A stretch of 64,000 nucleotides of DNA from Armatimonadota bacterium (lineage in GTDB: Bacteria > Sysuimicrobiota > Sysuimicrobiia > Sysuimicrobiales > Humicultoraceae): the NCBI GenBank assembly GCA_037443365.1, contig JBBIOM010000006.1, positions 22,709 to 86,708 of the forward strand, in the 5' to 3' direction. Made by a program: the position numbers and the translations under genes. The notes under the pieces were generated by a model. The model saw nothing but the letters and a program-made list of their open reading frames with translations. It did not search any database and was not told the DNA's origin. This document shows positions 28,333-35,826 of this stretch, one piece after another. Numbering within the stretch: position 1 is the first letter of the stretch; every line of letters starts with the position of its first letter.

Positions 28333-29510
28333 TGAAGAAGACCGTGCGAGACGTTGACGTCTCTGGGCGGCGCGTGCTGGTGCGCTGCGACTTCAACGTG
28401 CCCATGGAAGCCGGCCGGATCACCGACGACCGCAGAATCCGCGAATCGCTCCCGACCATACGCTACCTGCTCGAGCGCGGCGCGCGCGTCGTTCTCTGCT
28501 CCCACCTGGGACGCCCCAGGGGGCGCCCGGATCCGGCCTTCACGCTGGCGCCGGTGGCCGAGCGTATGGGCGCGCTGCTCGGGCAGCCTGTGCCGTTGCT
28601 GCCCGACTGTGTCGGGCCCTCTGTCGAGGACGCGGTCGCGCACATGCGCCCTGGGGAGGCGGTCCTGCTCGAGAACCTGAGGTTCCACGCCGAGGAGGAG
28701 GCCAACGCTCCTGACTTCGCCGCAAAGCTCGCCCGGCTGGCCGACCTATTCGTGAACGACGCCTTCGGCACGGCCCATCGCGCGCACTCAAGCACCGCGG
28801 GTGTAGCCGCGCACCTACCCGCTGTGGCCGGGTTTCTGCTAGAGAAGGAGCTGGAACACCTCGGGGGGGCGCTGGACTCGCCGGTCCGGCCGTTCGTCGC
28901 GATCCTGGGCGGGAAGAAGGTCTCGGACAAGATAGGCGTGATCCGCCACCTCCTGGAGCGCGCGGACGCGCTGCTCGTGGGCGGAGGGATGGCGTACACC
29001 TTCCTGGCCGCGAAGGGCCTTGACGTCGGCACCTCGATCTGCGAGCGCGACTCCCTGGCGCTTGCCAGCGAGCTGCTGGCCGAAGCCGCCCGGCGGGGCG
29101 TGAGGTTCGAGATCCCATCAGACGTGGTGGTGGCGGCGGCTGTGGAGGCCGGCGCCGATCACCAGGTGGTGGACGCCGGTGCGATTCCCCCGGGGTGGGC
29201 CGGCGTGGACATCGGTCCCCGCACCGCCGCGCTCTTCGCCGCTGTGATCCGGACGGCGGGTACGGTGCTGTGGAACGGCCCGATGGGCGTCTTCGAGATA
29301 CCCGCCTTCTCCGGCGGCACGCGCTCCGTGGCCGAGGCCATGGCCGATTCCCCTGCGGTCACCGTGGTGGGCGGCGGGGACACCGCGGCCGCGGTTGAGG
29401 CGCTGGGCCTGGCCGACCGAATGACGCACATCTCCACTGGCGGCGGGGCGTCGCTCGAGTTCATGGAAGGCCGCGAGCTCCCGGGAATCGCTGTGCTGGA
29501 GGATAGGTGA
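28332..29510 (+). CDS. pgk: Phosphoglycerate kinase
   Basis: DFNVP, SHLGRP, NDAFGTAHRAH, WNGPMGVFE, STGGGASLE. Confidence 0.96.
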   Translation: MKKTVRDVDVSGRRVLVRCDFNVPMEAGRITDDRRIRESLPTIRYLLERGARVVLCSHLGRPRGRPDPAFTLAPVAERMGALLGQPVPLLPDCVGPSVEDAVAHMRPGEAVLLENLRFHAEEEANAPDFAAKLARLADLFVNDAFGTAHRAHSSTAGVAAHLPAVAGFLLEKELEHLGGALDSPVRPFVAILGGKKVSDKIGVIRHLLERADALLVGGGMAYTFLAAKGLDVGTSICERDSLALASELLAEAARRGVRFEIPSDVVVAAAVEAGADHQVVDAGAIPPGWAGVDIGPRTAALFAAVIRTAGTVLWNGPMGVFEIPAFSGGTRSVAEAMADSPAVTVVGGGDTAAAVEALGLADRMTHISTGGGASLEFMEGRELPGIAVLEDR

Positions 29511-29514
29511 AGCG

Positions 29515-30270
29515 ATGCGCACGCCGCTGGTTGCAGGCAACTGGAAGATGCACACCACCGTGCGCGAGGCGCGCGATCTGGCCTTTGGGGTTTCGTCGCG
29601 CCTGGCCGGTGTCGAGGGCGTGGACGTGGTCGTCTGCCCGCCGTTCACGGCGCTGGCCGAGGTGGGCAGGGCGCTGGGCGGCTCGCAGGTGGAACTGGGC
29701 GCCCAGGACCTGCACTGGGAGCCCTTGGGCGCATTCACCGGGGAGATATCTGCAGGGATGCTCTGGGACCTGGGATGCACCTACGCGATCGTGGGGCACT
29801 CCGAGCGCCGGCGGCTGCTGGGCGAGGATGACGAGGCCGCAGGACGCAAGGTCGCTGCCGCCCTAGCAGGCGAGCTCATCCCGATCCTTTGCGTCGGGGA
29901 GTCAATGGAGGAGCGCTCCTCCGGCCGAACCGAGCGGATCGTGCAGACCCAGGCGCGCATTGGCACGCTCGGGATCGCGCCTGAGCAGGCGGCCGGTCTC
30001 GTGGTGGCCTACGAGCCGGTCTGGGCCATAGGGACCGGCGTCCCAGCCACGGGTGAGGAGGCCGGGCGCATCGCGCGGCTGCTGCGGGGCTGGCTGGCCG
30101 AGTGGTTCGGCGATGCGGCCGGCCTCATCCGCATCCTCTACGGCGGCAGCGTCACGCCCGAGACCATTCGCGAGTTCACGAGCCAGCCCGATGTGGACGG
30201 CGCCCTGGTCGGGGGCGCCAGCCTCAATGCCGATGCCTTCGCGGCGATCGTGCGGGCGGTCGCGGCCTGA
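29515..30270 (+). CDS. tpiA: Triosephosphate isomerase
   Basis: AGNWKM, GHSERR, AYEPVWAIGTG, YGGSV, LVGGASL. Confidence 0.96.
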   Translation: MRTPLVAGNWKMHTTVREARDLAFGVSSRLAGVEGVDVVVCPPFTALAEVGRALGGSQVELGAQDLHWEPLGAFTGEISAGMLWDLGCTYAIVGHSERRRLLGEDDEAAGRKVAAALAGELIPILCVGESMEERSSGRTERIVQTQARIGTLGIAPEQAAGLVVAYEPVWAIGTGVPATGEEAGRIARLLRGWLAEWFGDAAGLIRILYGGSVTPETIREFTSQPDVDGALVGGASLNADAFAAIVRAVAA

Positions 30271-30312
30271 CCGCCCGCATCCGGGCTGCGGCACCGCCCT
30301 GCAACCGGCCTA

Positions 30313-30744
30313 CTACGAGGCGGCGGGGGGTACGTCCTCTACGATCACCTCGTACGTGATGCGCGCGGCATGGCGCAGCATCGCGGCCACGGAGCAGTAG
30401 CGCTCCTCGGACAGGCTGACCGCCTTCTCGACCTGGTCCCGCTGCAGGCCGGCCCCGCGGGCCCGGTAGCGCAGGTGGATCGCCGTGAACACCTTGGGAT
30501 GCTCCTGGGCGCGCTCGCCGCTCACGTCTATCGTCAACCCTTCCAGCGGGGCGCGCATCTTCCTCAGGATGGACACCACGTCCATCCCGGTGCAGCCCGC
30601 CAGGGCGGCCAGAAGCGCCTGCATCGGCGACGGGCCTGCCCCGCTCCCTCCGAACTCGCGGTTCGCGTCCATGGTGATGCCTTCAACTTCCGGCGCGACG
30701 GCGTCGAAACGCATCGCTGGGGTCCAGGTCACCGTGATGTTCAT
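30313..30744 (-). CDS. OsmC family protein (YhfA-like)
   Basis: PMQALLAALAGCTGMDV...RYCSVAAML two-Cys motif; RBS GGAGG before ATG 30744. Confidence 0.88.
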   Translation of the reverse strand: MNITVTWTPAMRFDAVAPEVEGITMDANREFGGSGAGPSPMQALLAALAGCTGMDVVSILRKMRAPLEGLTIDVSGERAQEHPKVFTAIHLRYRARGAGLQRDQVEKAVSLSEERYCSVAAMLRHAARITYEVIVEDVPPAAS

Positions 30745-30832
30745 TGTGCCTCCCTTTGCCTGCCTTGTTGTGGATCGCGAGGTGCTCTCCTGCCAGTGTA
30801 GCGCCTGAACGTCGCCCACGGTAGCCGACCCG

Positions 30833-30861
30833 TTGATTTGCCTGGGCGCGGATGCTACCAT
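30833..30861 (+). promoter_or_regulatory. Sigma70-type promoter of secG-tRNA-Leu
   Basis: TTGATT-17 bp-TACCAT with TGn extension. Confidence 0.55.
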
Positions 30862-30905
30862 GAGAATCGTTCCGGGGTCGGCGGCCCCGGGACTGCCATC
30901 TGGAG

Positions 30906-31133
30906 GTGAACGCCTTGAACGACGTCCTGATCATTGTTCACCTCATCGTTTCGCTGTCCCTGGTGGGGATCATCCTGCTCCAGGGCCCGAAGGGTGAGGG
31001 GCTGGGCGCCATCGGCGGGAGCGCGCGCCTGTTCCACGGCCCCCGGCCGCGCGAGACCCTGATGACCCGCATCACGACCGGGGCATCCTTGCTCTTCGTG
31101 TTGACGGCAAGCATTCTGTCCTTCTGGCGCTAG
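30906..31133 (+). CDS. secG: Preprotein translocase subunit SecG
   Basis: Two TMs, 'ILLQGPKGEGLGAIGG'; followed by tRNA-Leu as is common. Confidence 0.9.
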   Translation: MNALNDVLIIVHLIVSLSLVGIILLQGPKGEGLGAIGGSARLFHGPRPRETLMTRITTGASLLFVLTASILSFWR

Positions 31134-31185
31134 AAGATCGGGGCGGTCCCGCCGCCCCTGACAACAGGTTCGTGTGGCCGTCCTT

Positions 31186-31271
31186 GCCGGGATGGCGGAA
31201 CTTGGCAGACGCGCACGCTTGAGGGGCGTGTGGGGCTTCCCGTGGGGGTTCAAATCCCCCTCCCGGCACCA
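31186..31271 (+). tRNA. tRNA-Leu (GAG)
   Basis: Acceptor stem GCCGGGA/TCCCGGC, anticodon arm CACGC-TTGAGGG-GCGTG, long variable arm, GTTCAAAT T-loop, encoded CCA. Confidence 0.95.
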
Positions 31272-31781
31272 GGAAATTGTCAACAGATTGTCCTCGCCCA
31301 AGGTCCTCACCTGGAAATCAGGCACCCCATGGACTGCGGGGCTGGGTCCCGCTTCTGACAATGGGTGGGTTCTCGTCCGCGACGTTGGTGACGATGACGC
31401 GGGGGATGGGGCTCGGCCAGGACCTGAGCCCAGCCATAAGGCCCGCAGGCGGCTTCTACCTCGGCGACACCGCGGTGACCGTTGATCCGCAGCTCTATGC
31501 GCTGCCGCTCCCGGCTCTATGAGGGATACGGGAGTGGACGGTCTCGCCAAGCGCACGCTCCGACAGGGTTCTCGGCACTGCCAGCACCAGCGGCACGACC
31601 ATGATGATCAGCAGCAGCAAAGCGACCATGGCGATGTTGAGGGGCATGAGGACGACCATCATGATGATGAACCACGGTACACGCCGACGGCCGCGATGGG
31701 GAGCATCATCCGCACCGCGGCGCATCCCTCCGCCGCAGATTCACGGGAGTCCGCCGAGCGCGGCCAGGGGGACAGGGAGGG

Positions 31782-31828
31782 TTGACTTGTCCTTGCTTTG
31801 CTCAGTAAGATTAAGCAAAACAAGGACA
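31782..31828 (+). promoter_or_regulatory. abiE promoter with overlapping inverted-repeat operator
   Basis: TTGACT(31782)-18 bp-TAAGAT(31806); 17-bp arms at 31788-31804 and 31812-31828 (2 mismatches) flank the -10. Confidence 0.75.
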
Positions 31829-31844
31829 GATGCGAGGTGGACCG

Positions 31845-32471
31845 GTGCCCCGAAAAGTCGCCGATTTCCAGCGCCTATATCAGCTCGCCGCCGCGCAGGC
31901 GGGGCACTTCACTACCCACCAGGCGGCCGAGGCGGGCTACACGCGCTCCAACCTTGCGTATCACGCTGCTCAGGGCAGGTTCGAGCGCGTCGCCCAGGGC
32001 CTCTACCGGTTGCGTGACTTCCCGGCTTCTCCCCACGAGGATGTGATCGCTGCATGGGTGCGCATTGGTCCTGAGAGGGCCGTGGCGTCTCACGAGACGG
32101 CTCTGCGTCTCTTCGATCTTTCCACTGCGGAGCCCCGAAAGATCCACCTCACGGTGTACCGGCGAGACCGGCCTCGCAACCCGGTGCCACTGAAGAGCGT
32201 CCGGATCCACAGCACTTCGCGGCAGCTCCGGCCGGATGAGGTGAGGGTACATGCCGGTGTGCGCGTGACCGCACCCGCTCGGACGATCGCCGACGCCGCA
32301 GAAGCCGGGACCGATCCTTCCCACATCGTTGAGGCGGTCGCACAGGGACTCGGCACGGGGCATGTTACCGCAGGAGAGCTCCTTCGCGTTGCTTCCGACC
32401 GCCCGGGTCGCGTGAAGAGGCTCATCGAGCGCGCCATTGAGGAGGCCCGCGCCCATGCCGGAACCCGGTGA
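31845..32471 (+). CDS. abiEi: Type IV TA antitoxin, AbiEi family
   Basis: N-terminal wHTH 'QAGHFTTHQA...FERVAQGLYRL', SHETAL, VTAPARTIAD. Confidence 0.88.
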   Translation: MPRKVADFQRLYQLAAAQAGHFTTHQAAEAGYTRSNLAYHAAQGRFERVAQGLYRLRDFPASPHEDVIAAWVRIGPERAVASHETALRLFDLSTAEPRKIHLTVYRRDRPRNPVPLKSVRIHSTSRQLRPDEVRVHAGVRVTAPARTIADAAEAGTDPSHIVEAVAQGLGTGHVTAGELLRVASDRPGRVKRLIERAIEEARAHAGTR

Positions 32472-33384
32472 CGCACTCCGCTTCCGGGAGTCCATTGACC
32501 GGCGTCTGCGCAATCGCGCTCGTGCGCTGCAGATCAACGTGACTGCCGTGCGTCGGCAGGCCGCGCTGGAGCGGCTGCTCGCCCGCCTGTTGCAGGTTGC
32601 CCCGGACCGATGGGCCCTGAAGGGTGGAATGGCGCTGGACACCAGGCTGCAGCGTGCGCGCGCGTCACTCGACCTCGACGCGGATCACGCTCTCGGCGCC
32701 GAGAGCGCGCGAGCAGACATCCTGCAGGCGATCGCCCTCGACGTCGGCGATCACTTTGCGCTCTCGTTTGTGGGAAGTTCCAGGCTTCAAGAAGGCGGTA
32801 TACAGCTCGCCATCCGCTACCGACTCGACGCCTACCTCGCCGGTCGTCTGTTCGAGCACTTGCAGGTGGATGTCACGCTGCATCCGCCTGAGGTCTGGGA
32901 AACCGAGTTCAGGATGAGAGAAGGCCTAATCCCTGAGCTGGGTCCGCTCAATGTCCCGCTGATCCCGTTGGAGCGACAGGTGGCCGAGAAACTCCATGCC
33001 TACTCCAGAACGTACGCTGGTGGCCCCACGACGCGCGTCAAGGACCTCGTGGATTGCGTGTTGATCCGCTCCTTTGATTCCGCCGATGCCCAGCGGCTGC
33101 GAGCCGAGGTCGCGCGCACCTTCGCCGCACGAAACACGCACGCAGTCCCGTCACGGTTGCCGCCTCCGCCGCCGGCGTTGCAGGCTTCCTTTCGCGCGCT
33201 TGCGGCAGAAGTTGGTATTGATCCCGATCTACAGGCCGGATACCGACTGGCCGCAGCCTGGCTCGACCCGGTCCTTTCGGGCGAGGCCCAGGGAAGGTGG
33301 GATCCGGGTGTCGGAGTGTGGAGTGAGAAGGTGGGTTCTCCCGCGAGACCCCCGAGGGCCACTGGAGACCCTGGTAGGGGCTAG
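32455..33384 (+). CDS. abiEii: Type IV TA toxin, AbiEii/AbiGii nucleotidyltransferase
   Basis: LKGGMAL, RASLDLD, AEKLHA, TRVKDLVD; overlaps the antitoxin 3' end. Confidence 0.9.
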   Translation: MPEPGDALRFRESIDRRLRNRARALQINVTAVRRQAALERLLARLLQVAPDRWALKGGMALDTRLQRARASLDLDADHALGAESARADILQAIALDVGDHFALSFVGSSRLQEGGIQLAIRYRLDAYLAGRLFEHLQVDVTLHPPEVWETEFRMREGLIPELGPLNVPLIPLERQVAEKLHAYSRTYAGGPTTRVKDLVDCVLIRSFDSADAQRLRAEVARTFAARNTHAVPSRLPPPPPALQASFRALAAEVGIDPDLQAGYRLAAAWLDPVLSGEAQGRWDPGVGVWSEKVGSPARPPRATGDPGRG

Positions 33385-33437
33385 TCGGCCCAACTCAGGC
33401 TGTAGCCCTGATCCGCCGCAGCGGCGAAACAGATTCC

Positions 33438-33461
33438 GTTGAAGACCCCCTCCCGGCACCA
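33438..33461 (+). repeat. attR-like partial copy of the tRNA-Leu 3' end
   Basis: gttgaagaccccctcccggcacca vs tRNA gttcaaatccccctcccggcacca. Confidence 0.8.
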
Positions 33462-33480
33462 AGCATCTGTTCGCCATATC

Positions 33481-33737
33481 CAGCCGCGCGGGCATAGCCT
33501 GCATGCATCCAGGATCCTGTACGCTTGCTCTACTCGACCCGCAAGCCTGCCTTCCGCCTCCGGTACCGCATAGGCAGGCTGCCATGACTCTGAGCGGACT
33601 TGCTGCCTTGCTGGCCGCGCGCACGCCTGCAGCATTGCAGACGCGCCAGCAAGGTACATGAGCCTTGCGAAGTCGCATCGGGTGACTACCCTTGTGAGAG
33701 CAAACGGTTCCCCAGGCAGCTCGGGACTCGTGGTCAA
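33481..33737 (-). pseudogene. N-terminal remnant of a PflX-like radical SAM protein
   Basis: 'WQPAY...EGRLAGRVEQAYRILDACRLCPRG' resembles the PflX-family N-terminus; similarity stops just before the att repeat; no CxxxCxxC. Confidence 0.55.
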
Positions 33738-33755
33738 CGTGACCTCTCGGCGTTT

Positions 33756-33773
33756 TACGAACATATGTTCGTA
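33756..33773. promoter_or_regulatory. LexA (SOS/Cheo) box, Gram-positive type
   Basis: Perfect 18-bp palindrome TACGAACATATGTTCGTA containing CGAAC-N4-GTTCG. Confidence 0.75.
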
Positions 33774-33817
33774 GCAGTGCCAGTTGCGGCTGGTCGGCTA
33801 CACCATGTAAGATGGAG

Positions 33818-33838
33818 CTTGTCAGGTAACATGACAAG
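33818..33838. promoter_or_regulatory. Candidate GntR/FadR operator
   Basis: Inverted repeat CTTGTCA-N7-TGACAAG just upstream of the FadR-family gene. Confidence 0.5.
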
Positions 33839-33878
33839 TCAGTTCGTGGCAACGCGCACGCGGTGCGGGAGTCAAAGC

Positions 33879-34655
33879 ATGGGCCGAGGTACGAGCCGGA
33901 CTCAATCTGCCTCTCCGCAAACCGGGTCGCTGAGCGGCGCCGGGGTTGCCAGGGAGACGCTCTCGCGCCAGACCGCCCAAGCGCTCATCGCAAGCATCTT
34001 GCTCGGCCACTTCAGGCCGGGTGATCCCCTTCCTTCGTCCGGCGATCTGGCCCGCAGGTTTGAGGTAAGCAGGCCGGTGATCCGCGAGGCCTTCAGGATC
34101 GTGGCTACTCTGGGGATGATCGAAACCCACCAGGGCCGTGTCAGCCGGGTGAGCGAGCCCACCGCATGGCGCGACCTCTCGCCCGAGATCCTGGCCGCAC
34201 GGCTGGAGATCGGCGCGGACGACGGCATCCTGCGAGAGAGTCTCGAGCTGCGCAGGGTCGTCGAGACCGAGGCGGCCGCGCTGGCGGCGGAGCGCGCGAC
34301 GGATGACGACATTGCGGCGATGCGGCAGCAACTCGACGCGCTCGATGGGGCGGGCGGCGACCCGCAGGCCTACGCGGTGCAGGATGTCGCGTTCCACGAC
34401 GCGGTGCTGAGGGCCACCCACAACCGGCTCTTCCTCCAGCTCATCGACTCGATGCGCGAGCTGCTCATGTTCGTGCGCAGGGTCAGCATCACCGCGAGCG
34501 CCGACCGCATCCCGACCTCGCGTGAAGGGCATCGCGCGCTCTTTGAGGCGATCACGGCCCGATCGCCGGAGGCCGCGCGGAGAGCCATGGCCGATCATCT
34601 CGCCTGGGCCGAGCGGGTGAACGTCAGCGAGTACCGGACCGCTCGCGCTCCGTGA
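33879..34655 (+). CDS. GntR/FadR family transcriptional regulator (start uncertain)
   Basis: PGDPLPS..DLARRFEVSRPVIREA HTH; FCD domain 'ELRRVVE...DVAFH...H'. Confidence 0.9.
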   Translation: MGRGTSRTQSASPQTGSLSGAGVARETLSRQTAQALIASILLGHFRPGDPLPSSGDLARRFEVSRPVIREAFRIVATLGMIETHQGRVSRVSEPTAWRDLSPEILAARLEIGADDGILRESLELRRVVETEAAALAAERATDDDIAAMRQQLDALDGAGGDPQAYAVQDVAFHDAVLRATHNRLFLQLIDSMRELLMFVRRVSITASADRIPTSREGHRALFEAITARSPEAARRAMADHLAWAERVNVSEYRTARAP

Positions 34656-34915
34656 AGGGAGGCCTGCAGCGCTTGCGTCTGTCTTCGCAGGAAGGGGCAC
34701 GTCGTCACGCCGCGGTCAGAGAGTTCCTTACGTACTACTACGGATTGCGGGCTCTCGAGCGGATCCAGGCGGAGTGCGGATGGGATGATCGCGCGTTCAC
34801 GGAGCTGGTCTTCTCATGCGGCAAGGTCTCGCTCGGGATCCTCCGGCGCCTGATCGCGTTGTCGGCAGCCGAGCGGGACGACCTGTTGCGGCGGTTCTCT
34901 GCTGTGCGCGAGTGA
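34652..34915 (+). CDS. Hypothetical protein (87 aa)
   Basis: GTGA overlap with the regulator stop; ends 7 nt before the activase, filling the gap exactly. Confidence 0.45.
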   Translation: MKGGLQRLRLSSQEGARRHAAVREFLTYYYGLRALERIQAECGWDDRAFTELVFSCGKVSLGILRRLIALSAAERDDLLRRFSAVRE

Positions 34916-34922
34916 GGGTCCG

Positions 34923-35822
34923 ATGACCGGGATCGTCTTCAACATCATGCGGTTCGCCGTGAACGACGGGCCCGGCATCCGGACGACCGTCTTCCTCAAA
35001 GGATGCCCGCTCCACTGCCTGTGGTGCCACAATCCAGAGTCAATCTCTCGTCGGTCGGAGCTCTTCCTCCGCGCAGATCGATGCATCCGGTGCGGCGCTT
35101 GCTTGGAGGCGTGTCCGAACGCGGCCATCCGGCGCGAAGGCGGCATGTTCGTGACCGACCGCCAGTTGTGCCGGCGCTGCGGGCGCTGCGTCGAGGCCTG
35201 CTGGGCAGACGCCCGCGCGATCGTCGGCCGGGAGATGACCGCGGAGGAGGTTCTGGAGGAGGTCGGCCGCGACACCGTCTTCTATGATGAGTCCGGCGGG
35301 GGCGTTACCTTCTCAGGCGGAGAACCGCTGCTTCAGCACGAGTTCCTGTTGTCGGTCCTGCGCGGCTGCCGCTCTCGGGGCATTCACACCGTTGTTGACA
35401 CGTCGGGCTACGCGGACACCGCGGTGCTCGACGCAGTAGCCGACGCCACGGACCTGTTCCTCTACGACCTGAAGCTTCTCGACGACGAGCGCCATTGCCG
35501 GTTCACGGGCGTCTCGAACCGGTTGGTTCTGGAGAACCTCCGCGCGTTGGCCGCGAGGAGCGTGCGCATCATTGTACGGGTTCCGTTGATGCCGGGGGTG
35601 AACGACGACGATGAGAACATCCGGGCGATCGGCGGGCTAGTGGCGTCGCTCGGCATCGGAGAGATAGATCTGCTTCCATACCACGAGACAGGCCTGGCGA
35701 AGTACGAACGGCTTGGCAGGGCCTGCGCGATGCGCGAGGTTGCACGGCCCTCACCTGCGCGACTTGAGGAGGTGGCCGCGCTGCTACGCCGGCGTGTGGC
35801 CACCGTGTCGGTTGGAGGATGA
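34923..35822 (+). CDS. Glycyl radical enzyme activating enzyme (radical SAM with ferredoxin insert)
   Basis: DGPGIRTTVFLKGCPLHCLWCHNPE, two CxxCxxCxxxC motifs, SGGEP. Confidence 0.95.
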   Translation: MTGIVFNIMRFAVNDGPGIRTTVFLKGCPLHCLWCHNPESISRRSELFLRADRCIRCGACLEACPNAAIRREGGMFVTDRQLCRRCGRCVEACWADARAIVGREMTAEEVLEEVGRDTVFYDESGGGVTFSGGEPLLQHEFLLSVLRGCRSRGIHTVVDTSGYADTAVLDAVADATDLFLYDLKLLDDERHCRFTGVSNRLVLENLRALAARSVRIIVRVPLMPGVNDDDENIRAIGGLVASLGIGEIDLLPYHETGLAKYERLGRACAMREVARPSPARLEEVAALLRRRVATVSVGG

Positions 35823-35826
35823 CATC

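Larger units (their letters stand above)
31248..33461. mobile_element. Integrase-less genomic islet inserted at tRNA-Leu, bounded by att-like direct repeats
   Basis: CCCCCTCCCGGCACCA occurs at 31256-31271 (tRNA 3' end) and again at 33446-33461; 21/24 identity when extended; cargo is an AbiE TA pair. Confidence 0.75.

Noticed and set aside
31140-31158. GGGGCGG/CCGCCCC hairpin after secG as a terminator
   Set aside because: No U tract and the tRNA follows within 30 nt; more likely read-through or a processing structure.
31519-31785. His/Asp/Gln-rich plus-strand ORF as a metal-binding peptide
   Set aside because: Its composition is what the antisense of the Met/Val/Leu/Ile-rich minus-strand ORF would give; no independent support.
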